Source of the DNA: Dicyema japonicum
Lineage: Eukaryota > Animalia > Dicyemida
Reading direction: 5' to 3'
Length of the DNA: 64,000 nucleotides
NCBI GenBank assembly: GCA_011109175.1
Contig: RDEW01000006.1
Location: forward strand, 843,232-907,231
The translations under genes and the position numbers were made by a program. Positions 1-12,680 of the stretch are shown piece after piece; position 1 is the stretch's first letter, and each line of letters begins with the position of its first letter. A model generated the notes under the pieces. It was given only the letters and a program-made list of their open reading frames with translations, was not told the origin of the DNA and did no database searches.

Positions 1-321
1 GAAGCTCAATTGCTCGTCCTTGAAAGCTGCGGAGACATCTCTGTGCCATAATATTACTTTGAAGAACCAATTGTAATAACCATTTGGGATTTTGAAATTT
101 GCAAAAAAGACTCAATTTCTGTTCAAAATGTTTAAATTTGGAAATTGTTAATTTATCTAAAATTTCATTTTTATAATTTATTTATAGTTATTTATAAACA
201 AAGGTTTAACTGATGTGGTTACGAATTGGATTCATTTTTGACCAACTATTGACTTTATGTAAAAGAACAATACAAAAAGGTTTCTCATAAAATCAACATA
301 CCTGTGTCACTGAAACTTGTG

Positions 322-720
322 TCAGGACATTACTTCGGCTAAGAGGGATGTCATAAAGTTGATTAAGCTTCCTTGTTGCACGTTCATAACAGTTTTGTTA
401 ATTATCCTCTTCCAATTAGCCCTGTTTCCTGCTTTTTCTCTTAAATAGACAAGGTCTTCTGCGTTTTCAAGTTTCTTTCCGATATTTTTCAGTTTCCGGT
501 TCAAAATTGATGTAGTCTACGTTTTAGCTTCTCACGGAATGCTCCTCCGCTTTGCGTGAAGTATGCTTCCATCTCAATATTTTCAGGAGTTATTTCAAGA
601 TCTCCATCGATAGTTCGTGAAATTTGCTACGGTTGTATGATCGAGTTCGAGGTCTTAAGTTGAAGAAATAGAATTGTACGCTTCAGTTTAAGTTGAATAG
701 AAACTCTCTAGTTCTTCGGG
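322..720 (-). mobile_element. RTE-clade LINE 3' remnant
   Basis: C-terminal L..DL..IG.KL....DL..LRE.A.NR..W.R motif shared with copies at ~2650, 5400, 31084, 38050 and 39580. Confidence 0.6.
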
Positions 721-3189
721 CTTAAATGAAATGCAAGTCCTTGTTGGTCAACTTCTGTCTCCTTCAATTCTACCGACATCTAAAAAGGCCCAAATAACGT
801 ATCTTCACTTGGAATCAAAAATCCTTCCCATTGAAAATCATTTAGAAATGGGACTTTTGCAATTCCTCTACATCCCAATCTATTCCTGTCACCCACTATG
901 CAAATCCATAAACAAAGGGAAATTTATTATGCCAACCGGTGACCTGTCTCGAATTCTATCATCCATCTTCCATCCCCAATGATCATGGTCGTCTGAAACA
1001 GATACACGATTTGTTTCTATGAAAACCATCCGAAGACTCTGTGATAATAAAATACTACGCCGGCCCCCGTGATAATAATAGACCAATCGGAATCCTCTTT
1101 TCCGTGGGAAATCCGGGTAAACCTGGCTCGTCTACGATATGGGCACTACCCCTCTCTACCTACGTACGTAAACTGGATGATGTTATAGATATCCTCTGTG
1201 CCGTTTGTAACCTCTCCGAGTTGGCAACGAACAACCTTTTTGAATGTCCTGAATTAGTACAATGTTCGTCTACAATGCCAAGACTGATCGATCTACGAGA
1301 GCGACCGGCACAAAAATTAGCCAAAAGAGGATTTTAGCTTATCAATTTGAGATATACTCGATAACTGTTATTATCTACGACAAGTTCACTTAAGTTCTTT
1401 AAACAATGAGGTCTCATTCCCGCTAAAAAAACACGTGACTGTCAAAGTCAGATATTTTTTAACCCTCTTTTTAATCGCTATAATGTTCATTGGCTCATAA
1501 GACAACGGATATACGAGGTTTTGGGGAGTAAAGAACGCCAAATGTCTGAAGACTTAAAATCTAGCCCAGCCCAAAGCCAGAGATCGTCTATTTTGGAGTA
1601 AAACAAGATAATTATTAGCTGCGAATGTTCTCTTAGTAATAAATTCTCCCACGTTCCGCAAAAAAGTGACCCCTGACCAATCACAATGCAAATAGAATCT
1701 AATTAGCATCCTATCGACTCCCTGACCAGTTTAGATACCTGAGAACTGTGATCTGTTCTATCGATATCCAAGAGGCATTCTACTCAGTTCCAAACTGAAT
1801 CTCTGGAAATTTTGTAACTCCCTGGCAAACCTCTAATCTTCATTACTTACATCGATGACATAATTCAAGTCTCACGTGATCCAGTCCGCGGGATCGAAAT
1901 TGCAGCAGCAGTTGGATCAACTACATGTCAGGTTAAAAATCAAACAGAATATCGTTTCAAGACAAACGATAGCAAAATCTATTCGACAAATCCCAAAAAT
2001 CATGTGGGTAACTTTGATGTCCATATTCACTTCTCTTGGACGTCGAAAATGTGGTGACAAAATGGGAAATTAATATACTGAAAACCCTTTCTAGATTATA
2101 AAGGATCGGTTATTCCTATCTTACACAGGCAGTACGTCGAGCTATACAAAAGTATTGAATAGTTTGAAAACTAAGGGAGAACTATTTCAACACTGCTAAA
2201 TCAAACAAAAATACGAGAACACAAACTAGCAGTTATCATTTTAGTTAATTTTTTAAAAGGACTTGAAACCTATAAAATATCTGAATTGGTCGCGAAAACA
2301 GGCTGTTCCATAATGAAAAATCAATTTCGTCAGTGATTGTTCCAAATTGATAATATCGAATGTTTGGGTCTCATCGAAATTATTTTTTGAAAATATTATT
2401 CCATTAGAAAATCTACTGTTTATTCCATACTCACGTTCAAAAATTAAATTGACTTAGGTTCGCTGGATATCAAAGGGAAATCCATTAAACAGATTTGTCA
2501 CTTTGTATGATACAATTATTGACTCTCTGAAATTATGAGATGATAGCAACGATTTTAATGGATCACAAAAATTGTATTTGAGTTGAATTTTTTTCAAAAC
2601 TTAATGAGGGATATTATATTTTTAGATGAAGACTCAGAGTCACTCTACCCGTGGCTCTGAACAAGGATCTTAATGGAATTGGAAGAAAACTTAAATCTGT
2701 TAGAAGACCTAGAAGATCTACGGACAGATGCGCAAAGCACAGGGCGATGGAGACGCCTAGTGAAGCAAATCTCGAAACGTGTGGCACAAACGGGACCTTA
2801 GTTAATATAACGTTATTTGGTTTTGTGAAAGTGCCTTTAATAATAAGATGATGATAATGAGGTTAGTAAGAAAAAAGACTACTTTTATCTTTGATGTTAC
2901 CGAGAAGATCACGGCTTTCCAAAAAAGGCGTCGAGTGACGAACAGTGGATCACTAGAAAGAAACTACAGTCTCCAAACATTCTGGAAACCCTAGTTAATC
3001 TAAAAACTTCAGGGCAGCAGTTGCACCATGACGATCCAGTTCTCTAAGTGATGACTCCTCCAGTTATCCCAATTGCTAACACGAGAGGCAACATTGTGCC
3101 GTCGTGGATCAATGATTAAAATTATATTGACTAAAACAAAGATTAGTGAGGTCATATTCAGAAAAATGAAAATTAATAAATTAATTTTA

Positions 3190-3469
3190 TCAAAAATCAG
3201 TTAATTTTAGCATCAGGCATGTTGTGTTCGTGAATCTGGCAGTAATCCGCTGATTGGTATTCAAATATTTGTCAAAACATATATTGGCACAGTTTATCTA
3301 CAATTTCTAGCATTGATACCTCCTTTGGATTTACTGAAGAACTTGTGAAAGAGTTTACACAGTTTTTGAAGCATCTGAGAGTCAGGCGGTTGAATCCACG
3401 CATCATCTCGGCAAACTAAACATTATTATATGTACAAACCTGATTCTGCTGGGTCTGTGTTAACTCCAT
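3190..3469 (-). CDS. TIMM9: Mitochondrial import chaperone Tim9 (small Tim, twin CX3C), 3 exons
   Basis: Exons 3469-3440, 3415-3320, 3297-~3190 joined by GT-AG introns of 24 and 22 nt give MELTQTQQNQFAEMMRGFNRLTLRCFKNCVNSFTSSSVNPKEINCANICFDKYLNTNQRITARF, matching the Tim9 CxxxC..CxxxC and QRIxxRF pattern. A probable 1-nt deletion after RF would restore RFHEHNMPDAKIN* (stop 3197). Confidence 0.9.
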
Positions 3470-4236
3470 TTGGTAACGTTTTTTTAATTTAAATTTAAAA
3501 ATTATTTATTCAAACAATTTATTTTTAATATTTAATTCAGGCACCGTTTGATTTATGGCGGATTTCTTGAAGAATCTTCAACTCCTTACTTGGTACCTTT
3601 TTCTTCTTTTTGGTCTTTTTTTATTTATTAATCGACCGCTGTTAAAAATCCAGAGCTAACTAAATGATCCCAACATGTTCAGCAGCGCCCTTAGCTTGGC
3701 ACTGTGACATCTCTTGAACTCACACAACACGTACTGGAGGGAGAACTGGCCGATAGAATGGACTTCCAACACCATTTATCTATTTAGTGCACCAATAAGC
3801 CTTGTATATACAATTCAGGAGTGGGTGGTCTCTTAGCCTCCATAATCCTGAGAAGCTTTTCAGAAGAGTAGACTTTTCTCACCCGATGTGGTCTATTCTG
3901 GACTGGTTTAAGGATGGATTTAAAACTAGAAGCTGAGATGGTAGGAAAGGAAAGAACTTAACTCTTAGTTACAACTGTAGGAGTTTTTCTCCCTGAGTAG
4001 GTGCATTTCTCCCTATCCCCTTCACCTACGTCTTGTATGCGCGTTTTCTATATGTGAGAGTCACTGGAAGATCCACTTTGGTGACCCATTTTCCTGTCGA
4101 AAAGCTGGAAATCTCTTAAGTGTCGGTTTATTTTGAAATTACAAAATTATAACGAAAAAAATCCATACTATTATTTTAAAATAATAATTTGAATTTCGGC
4201 AAGATTCTTAGTCTTGTGGGTCAATTTTTAAACACG

Positions 4237-4838
4237 ATGAAATTCATCAAGATCATTACAAGACATGCTCATAAACCTCGTTACATCCCTAAGAGTGCCA
4301 AACAGTACTACAAAGTGAGAAAGCCTACAGAATCAGACCCAATAGAGAGAAACGAGATTTCCAAAAGATTTGACGTTTACAAATCTCAGATGCAGAAGAT
4401 AAGGGAAATTTGATAAATTATTGGCAGAGAAAAAATGGCCGAAATTACCGCAGAAAATAAGTCCTCTATCTGTCAGTCCTCCAAGGATGAAGGATTCTGG
4501 AGTAAATTGAAGGAAATTAACAACAAATGGAATTCAGAGATTGCCGAAAGGAGATTGTAGCTGTCATTCTCAATGTAGTACCGACCACGTGGGTTCTTCT
4601 GATTTGGGAAGAGACAGCGCTAAGAGGATAATCCAGAATCAGTTTAGTCGGTCTGAGTTGCTGGCATATGAATCCCTATCTAGTGAGATGGTTTTGTCTT
4701 TGTTTATTGTAGTTTGAGGGAATTATAAAAGAGGATGAGATTGATGAGGCTATAAACTCAATGTTGGACAGTGAGCCCATTGATTGCTGTTTTGCCATTG
4801 ATCTAAAGGGGACTATTATTAGGGAGTTATTTAATTAA
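4237..4838 (+). CDS. MRPS26: Mitochondrial ribosomal protein S26 (mS26), 4 exons
   Basis: N-terminal HKPRYIPKSAKQYYKVRKP..FDVYKSQMQKIR and C-terminal IIKEDEIDEAINSMLDSEPIDCCFAIDLKG resemble metazoan mS26. Introns 4404-4427 (GG-AG as assembled), 4557-4578 and 4691-4712 (GT-AG, 22 nt). Confidence 0.8.
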
Positions 4839-4918
4839 ATATATATGAGATTTGGAGATAAATGATTGGATTTATTCAGATTTATTAGTTGTGGTGTTTG
4901 GGGTTGATCTAAGCTATT

Positions 4919-5335
4919 TTATTTGTTTATAACCCCATACACCGAGAAAGCATTTAGTCTCCATGGTTGCATAAGCAGAAAGACATTCCAAACTCCATCC
5001 AGAATCGAGGAAGGTAAGAAAAGAAATTGGAAAATATACAGTCTTAGCGTCCAAGGTACATGGATACAAGACAATTTGGTAACGAAATTAAAAAGTTTAT
5101 AACTCAGGAGTTTCCAATAAGAAAGCAGGCTTTCGATTGGTCTTGAGCTAATATGTCTTACCACCACAAGGATATTAACCTCAAGTGAGTATAGTACTCG
5201 ATTGGTAAATAACATTACTTAAAATTGAATAAATTTAAACTCAGAAATAGTAGTTAGTCTTATGGTAAATTGGTCAGATGGTTGAGCTGGTGACTTAGAG
5301 GCACTGTGGCGTAGCTCTACATTTGATGTCTCCAT
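4919..5335 (-). CDS. Hypothetical small spliced membrane protein, convergent with MRPS26
   Basis: ATG at 5335 (METSNVELRHSASK..), two 23-nt GT-AG candidate introns, hydrophobic C-terminus ending AFSVYGVINK*. Needs one indel to join frames. Only faint resemblance to TMUB-type proteins. Confidence 0.35.
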
Positions 5336-5364
5336 ATTAATTCTCGAATGTTCTTAATCACGTT

Positions 5365-7720
5365 TATTATTATAAGCAACATGCGTAAAATCATATAGTT
5401 ATAATTTCACCCGTGAGGCATTCAAAACAATCCTCCGAACTAGCTTCTTCCAACCTTCTCGATCGTAAGAGAGTTTCCTCTGCTCGTCCAGGTCGTCCCC
5501 ACTTCTTAGACGTTTGTTCACGAGCTTTAGATCTCCGTCAAGTGTTTCTGGTTGTGTAATATGCCGGCGTCCACGAAAACACGGCTTCACGTTTATTATT
5601 AAGGCACTTTCACGAAAGCCATAATGTTTATAGCCCCGCATGTGCAACACTCATAAAAACAATATTTGTAGTTAATCTCTTCCATCTTCCTCTGTCGAAT
5701 GCTAGATCACCCTGGGGTGTCCCAATCGTTGTTTTGAAACTGCTGGAAGTTGCCCTTCTGTCCTCACAGATAGTCTTATGTTCGCAACTAGTAGTCTGAT
5801 TATCCTAACCGACGATTCATCCAATATTTGCTCAAGCACATTCATCAGTTTCTGTCTGTTTATTGAGTCAAAAGTTCTGGAGAGATCTATTCCCAACACG
5901 GTCGTTGCGCTCTTGAATCTTTGGTGCGTTGCACAGCGCCATCTATGGGCCATATAATGTTCGCCGTAGACCTCCCTTCTCGGAACCCACTTTGGCTTGC
6001 TGGTAGGCATATATCTGCCACACCCTTTATCCGGCTCAGTATAATGTTTGCCAGCACTTTGCGTATCGAATTCAGAAGTATGATCGACTGGTCCTTTTGC
6101 TTTGTTCGGTTTTTGTATGGGCATTAATAATCTATTTCCAAGTTCTAGATCGGTATTGGTTTCAAAATGTCATTTAGGGTTTTTGTAATTGCTTTGCTAA
6201 GTTTTTTTGGTCCATATCTTAAGCTCAGGGATAATGTTGTCTGGCCCTGCACTCTTGTTATTTTTCAATTTATTTAGCTGATTCCACTTCCACTGTGATT
6301 GGATTTTTAGTGCCTTTGCTTTAAAGGGGGAAAGTCCTTATTTTCTTATTCAACAGTGTTTCGAAGTGTCGTGCACTCAATTCGGCTTTTTCTTCGGGTT
6401 GCACACGAATTTTCCTCTTTTCTTTGATGTAAAGGACGTTTTGTCCTTTCTTTGTCCGCAGCAGCCTCAAAGCCGAACATCCTTGAATTGTCTTTAGGCA
6501 TTCCACATTTTTTAATAGGGATTTAATAATTTCCCGTGAATGTTTTGTTCATCTTTTTGATTTTCCATTTAGTTCCTTTTGTTGGATTTAAGCTCTTTTT
6601 TATACTCTCGCCTGACGTGTTTGCCGCTTTTAGTCGTAGCTTTCAGCAATGCTTTGCCATATCTGGCACGTTCAGGTGGTGATCCAATTTTAAGGCGTGA
6701 TGAGTTCGAACTACAAATATATTGGCCGACTTGGAGATTACCTGCTTTGTTTGATCCCACAGAGTTCGTACTGATGATTCAGGTACGTTTTTCTCCATGA
6801 GAGTCTCGATTTGTTCGTGATATTTATCCCTACAGGTGGGCTCTAACCACAATTTTTCTGTCTGAAAATATATATTGGGCTTTGTCTCGCCTTCTGCTTT
6901 TTCAATATATTTTTTCCCAGTCAAGTGTTTTTTTACAGACAGTTCTGCAATAACGATTCTATGATCGCAGTCAGTTGTTGTCCCCTGGTAGGAACATGCA
7001 TCATTTAGCAGGTGTTTATCAGACTTTCGGCAGATAATGTAGTCGATTTGATTGTATATATTTACAGAATCTCCCGGCAGAGTTTTTTCTTTGTCAGTGC
7101 CATGTCGTCTTGTGGCAAGCTGAGTGCGTGAAGGCTTTGTTGCACAAGAATAAGCTCAGAGAAGTTCACCAGAGAGGCTCCAGATGCATTTCTCCTTCCG
7201 CGCTGTCTTCCAATAAAGGATTTTCTTGTCCCATTCGCGTTCTGGCCTTTGCATTCATATCTCCCGCAACAAAGACAAGGGACTAGGAAGCATTATTAGA
7301 GTATTGCGTGATAGTTCTGAGTAAAATTCCTCGAGCTCACCGGGGTTCTTGATTACTCGTCTTCAGTGTGGTGCATAAACATTTATGAAAGTAAATAGAC
7401 TCTTGGACAGGCATAATCATTTAGTTTGACATGTAGAACATATATTCGTCGTTGACTCTCAATAGCGATGTAGTTTTTTGAGGTAATCCACGTATAAGGC
7501 AAATCCATGGCGTAATGCTTGCATTCAGTCGGGAAAAATCATCGGTAGTTGTTCCATGTCTCATCGCGTCTATTTTCGATTTTCGTTCTTGTAGGCAGCC
7601 AATAGATATTTTGTATCTATCGAGATCGTCACAAAGTACTTTCCTTGTCCAATCTTTCGATATTCCACGTACGTTGAACGTCATTAGCTTGAGTTTTCGG
7701 TTGTATAATGACTGTTTTTA
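5365..7720 (-). mobile_element. Degenerate RTE-clade LINE (APE + RT + C-terminus, internal deletions)
   Basis: APE start TFNVRGI..IGCLQE, AGDMNA, NQIDYIICR; RT IDLSRTFDSINRQKL, TTIGTPQGD; C-terminal FRGRR..TLDGDL..DREGWK; TAA-rich tail. Confidence 0.85.
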
Positions 7721-7884
7721 GACATTTTCCTCACTGTTATCCAATTAAGAAGCAAGGCACGTCACCACCTCACAAAAAAAGCATAAAATAAGGCTTCACG
7801 TTTACTGAACATAAAATATAATATCCATCGATTAAAAAATATTCATCAATAAATAGTGTTTTTATCAATTTAATTAAATTAAAA

Positions 7885-8035
7885 CTGGAACCGTGGGAGC
7901 GAAGACGGACGCCTTTCTCTCCAGTATTGGAAGCAAACTCGCCTTAAAAAGGTGTGAGCCACGAGAGAGGCTCTGGTTGAAGCAGAGGCCCGAAATGGCA
8001 ATTATCAGAGGTAACTCCTTCGCCATTATGTCGTT
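7885..8035 (+). mobile_element. CRE-like 3'-end fragment (one of ~8 dispersed copies)
   Basis: W L.QR...AI.RGN motif, also at ~9670-9810(-), 33700-33890(-), 34720-34930(-), 36070-36310(+), 39080-39400(+), 57680-57900(+), 60380-60560(-). Confidence 0.7.
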
Positions 8036-9249
8036 TTAGTTATTTTAGAATAATTGTTTAATTAATATAAAAAAATAATTTATTAAATTAAAATGAGTAT
8101 TAAATTTTATTTTTTAAATTTATTTAACCAAGTGGTTTTGTGTGACTTATGTGTGAAAACTCTCAATCCCTATTGAAAGAAAATCATGCAAATAAACCGA
8201 GAGATATAATCATGATAGAAACTCCCTATAACGTTTGACAGTTCATATCTTAATTTTAGTTCGATATAACAAAACTGCAAGATATTCTACGTATTCGCAA
8301 GGGAAAACTAGTCACAAAGTCCCATTCACATGGACTGGAATGTATTCTTGCTCCTTCTTCAGAGGATGTTGTTATTCTTGAAAATTTTAACAGCTGTTCG
8401 TATCATCGTAGACTTATTCTTAATTTTAGCCTCTAAAATCGACAAAACATTGACCATAAATCATGACCTTAATTCAACCACGTGGAGTGACCCAAATAAG
8501 TCCCTTAAGGCTGAAAAGAGGAAACGAACTAGAAACTCTGAAACTGATCACTCGAAAAGAGTTGCTAAATGAATTTTAAATATTTTCGTGAATAAAATTC
8601 AAACTTTCATATATTATTGATTGAACGCATACGATTTGTGAGGAAATGTGCTCAATTAGTGATCTTCTCGACTGCCTCCCCTCTTTTAGCTATCAACAAT
8701 TCAAGACGCGGAAGGGAACTCGATTCGAGTAATAGAGTCTCTGAGATTTATTTGATTGTGAAATTTGTTGATAAATTGAAATAAATTACTATCCTAACAG
8801 CGTTTGGAGATCCTGGAAGCACAATGGCTTCGAGGGGTCTTGGAATAGCAAATATCCCTGTCTCTTTGTAGCTGGATCACTTGATAAAATATACGACTTG
8901 TTTCTGTTGTGATTTGAAAATTAGAATAATTTTGCTAAGTCTACTTGACTGACCATCTTGCAGTTCTTTCATTGTAGATTCATTCTTAGTCCTTATATTC
9001 CAATTTAACCTTCAAAACGATGTTCCTTCAGTTTTGGAACGATGCAGGGTTTAGTCGTTTATTTCGAAAAATTGGGGTAGTCACATCCTTGACCCCTTAA
9101 CTCCTGGCTTGATGAATGCATCGATGATACATTTGGAACTGGATTGTTTACTAGGACTTGGACGCAGCCAAGAAAAAAAGTTAATAGCACTCCTGATGTC
9201 TTGTCCCTTTTCTTAATTACCATAACCGTGTTTTCCCCTTAAAATAAAG

Positions 9250-9590
9250 TTTAAGAACTCTCCGAGTGAAGGTTCAGTAGTGGAAACATTACAAAAGTGC
9301 TATTATAGTGAACTGAATGAAATTATTCCTAAAACCAACGGTGAAACCAAACTAAAATCATAAAGCATCAACGTCAGAATGATACTGGACCTATTGCCTT
9401 TTTTGTTGCGTGTGAGTGATATTCAGACGAATCCAGTTCAGCCGTGAAGCATTCACTGACGACGGCATCACCGGTAAGACCCAAGGCATCATATATTATT
9501 GTAGCGTGAAGCCGAAATGTACAGCATCGAGATAAAAACCAGAAGACATGAGGACTTTGCCGGCCACTTATGATACTAATGGATTTTTAT
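9250..9590 (+). mobile_element. Penelope-like element 3' remnant with hammerhead-like motif
   Basis: KLK..SINVRND-like end of ORF followed by CTGACGA (9456-9462), stem ggcatcac/gtgaagcc, GAAA (9514-9517) and palindrome tgtaca. Confidence 0.4.
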
Positions 9591-9999
9591 AAACTACTCG
9601 ATAAAACAACATCTTTTATGTTTATAATTTTTTTTTATAAAATAATTTTTTTTAACAATTAAACAAATGTCAGTTGAGGAAGCCTGCTGCGTGGATTGCG
9701 AACGAGTTCCCTCGGAGTATGGCTATTCCAATCTTTTGCTTTAGCCATAACCTTTCTCGTTGATCCCTTTTCTTTCTGGCAAGCAATCCTCCGAGTTCTC
9801 GCAAGAACTCATAGTGAATAATTAAACGAATAAACAAAGTAATAATCTAGGTATATCAGATCAGCGTGAATTAATCAAAAGTCATTTGATAGTTCGCATC
9901 ATCAATTATACCAGAAAAGATACACAACTTAAAAACGTGATTTTTTTAAATTTAAATTAATTCATTAAAGTTTTATTTGAATTAAATTAATCTTAACAA

Positions 10000-11150
10000 A
10001 ATCCGATATAAGAGAAATTCGCAGGGATGGATGCGAAAAAAATTTTAGAATTGTTTCCATATAGCAGGGATTGGGTTGATTGATTGAATTGTTGAAAATG
10101 CTCGTTAGTGCAGAAACACCCAAAGTACTCTATTTTTTACAGGATCGCTATGATTCCGCCTGACCCACAGGTATGTGCGTTCTTTGATCAAAAAATCTTC
10201 GATGCTACATCTCCTGGTAGAAAATACAATGATAGATGCTCTCTTTTCGGTTTCGAATTAGTGTTTGATGGAATGTTGACTCTTGTAGGGTTTGTGACTT
10301 ATTCTCACACAATGCTTCATGAATTTGTTTAGATCCATCTGGTAATCATGGTCCCCGTTTTTAATGTTACGTAACATCAATAAGGACGAAACAACGTATT
10401 TTTAAATCCTGTCCAGTCAGCATTAATATAGTCATAACATGTGTTTTGTCCGAGTCGATGGAGAGCAGTTGATCTTAATCAAACTGTGGTCATTGTACGG
10501 CGTTCGTGTATTACTCTTCAGATCGTTTATAATGGACAGATTTTTCAGTTGGGAAATAATTAGATTCCCCCTTTTATCTGGAGGTTGTTTCCTATACCAC
10601 CAATGGTGTTTGGCGTTAAAGTCCCCGGATACCAACAAGTTTTCCACATTATCGAGGTCAGACAAATCCACGGAAAATCCTTTGGCACAGGAGTCTGGAG
10701 GGAGAACATAGATGTTGCCTATAATAATAACTCCGAGAGAGTCTGTACCGATAGCCTAATAACTTCTGTCTTTAGCCATTTTCCTGAATACGGAGGAATT
10801 TTTATAGAACACAATTCCTGTCTTGACAAACGTCAGTAGACCCTCGCCTAGGCCCGATGGTCAATCTACTCTCAATACGTTAAATCCATATAATTTAGAA
10901 GTAGTAAAAGTTCTCAAATACTTGGTTTCTTGTAGGAGACAGATATAAATCTTTTCTCCAAGAACAGCTTCAGCTTCTGTAATTTTCCTCTGACTCTATT
11001 AACGCTTAGGCTCAGTAAATTCAACTTTCTGGGTCCTGGATTCTATTCGACGTCTCCAGAAGTGACAAGACTCTACCAGAAAATTACTCGAGCGTAGAGG
11101 AAGTATCGTCCAGGGGAATCCTCTGGATGGTTGTGACTATGACGTACGCT
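10000..11150 (-). mobile_element. 5' part of an Ingi/Vingi-like LINE: 2A-like motif + AP endonuclease
   Basis: SGDVE*NPGP directly before an APE N-terminus (LSLSVNRVRGKL..QET; SGDFNAKHHWW; DHSLI). Confidence 0.75.
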
Positions 11151-11159
11151 AGCATTATT

Positions 11160-12680
11160 ATTACCCCCAAGATCACTGGGTAAAAGAGAAAGAAACAAGA
11201 GTTCTCAACTAACTAATTGATCCCTGACCGACAAGGGAGAGGACAAGTCAGGCAGGGTTGAGAATCCTGTACTGCTCTTCTCATCGAAATTTTCGTTGTA
11301 ATTCAATTATGATTTTCAAGACGACAACCGTGAAATCTGCATTGCCCACGAAAGACTTGCATACGTCATCGTGAGGCGGATAAATTGTTCATAAACTGTG
11401 GCAAGGCTCCCAGTTTGGTCTTTAAGTGTTTTTGAGAGCAATTTTAAAATTCTCATTTATTTCAAAGTAGAAATAACTTTGTGTTCAAGATGTTGGATAA
11501 ACTAGAGTCCCTGATCAAAGATGACCCCTAGAATCATCGGTGTTTTGTTAATAAGAATAGCCTCGTTCTTCATAAGGATTTTTCCTTCGATATGGAGTTG
11601 TCTTTTGTACGTGGTAAACAGCATGACAGAGGACTTGGTTGCTGATCTGTCGAGCCTCCAATTCGAGAGGCCTAGTTCCAGTTTGTCAAGCATTTGTTGA
11701 GCGGACTACGTCTCTGATTGGATGCTTCTGTCCTTGGAGGCAAAAATTGTATTCTGGGCGTAGGAGAGGATTAGACAGTTCACATACAGGTTTTTGGCAT
11801 GTCATTTATATAGAGGTTGAAGAGTTGGTATGACAGTGAGGAGCTAGAGACTCCATTTGGAAAATAGCGAGATTTTCGTTTGATGCTGTTGAAGATATTT
11901 ATTTTTTTTATTTAACCCAAGAACACCAATAGTTAATTAATTGTATTAAACTAATTAGGTGATCCCGGCCGCCTCCATCAGGTCTCTCATCTTTTTCCGG
12001 TGGACCTTCCGAGATCCAACACAGCTTCTCTGAGGACGGGAGGGTTTTAAAAGAAAAGCAAGAGGGGTGATGTAAAGTCTTCTAGTAAGACCCAATCCAT
12101 TAGAGCATTGTAGGAAGTTGAATTTTCGGCACAGAGCGGCGAATCCCTTCCCATTTTGTCCGATAAGGTCTTCCAGAGAGGTGGGTGTGAGACTGACTGT
12201 TCTCACGAGCTTGCCGATAGTTGTAGCTGATAGGGACTGAATATCACTGATTTTCTGTTTGTTCGTCCGGGGTAGGTTGATTCCCCAAGACGCACAGGCG
12301 TAGCTGATAGATGGCTCAATGAATTGTTTATGTAGTAGTTTTAATGCTGGGAGAGGGGTTCTGATGCCACCAAAAATAGATTTGATCAAACCAAGCTTTT
12401 TTGAGCAGGTTCCAGAGATATATTCGACATGGGGGGAGAAGGTCATGTGCGTGTCAAAGGCGACTCCTAAGATTTTAAATTTCTTCGTAAAAGGTATTTT
12501 AGTTTGGTTGATAAATAAATCAACGTCATTCTTCCAAGACGTTTGTCTGAGGTAAATAGGGATGTGGAGGACTTCTCAGGAGATATATCAAGTCTGTTGG
12601 AGATTAACCAATTTTGAATCACGTGTAGTTGTTTTTGAACTCTTTCTGAGGCTTTTAGGAGATCCTGGTGACGGGATCCA
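11160..12680 (-). mobile_element. Two tandem 3' remnants of the Ingi/Vingi-like LINE family
   Basis: KTPMILGVIFD, KILGVAFDTHMTFSPHV, PSISYACASW. ORF ends ..GIT* followed by the family short 3' UTR ..cttggg(g)tt-aaataaa. Confidence 0.75.

Noticed and set aside
4553-4578. Apparent AT-AG intron in MRPS26
   Set aside because: A canonical in-phase 22-nt GT-AG intron (4557-4578) explains it.
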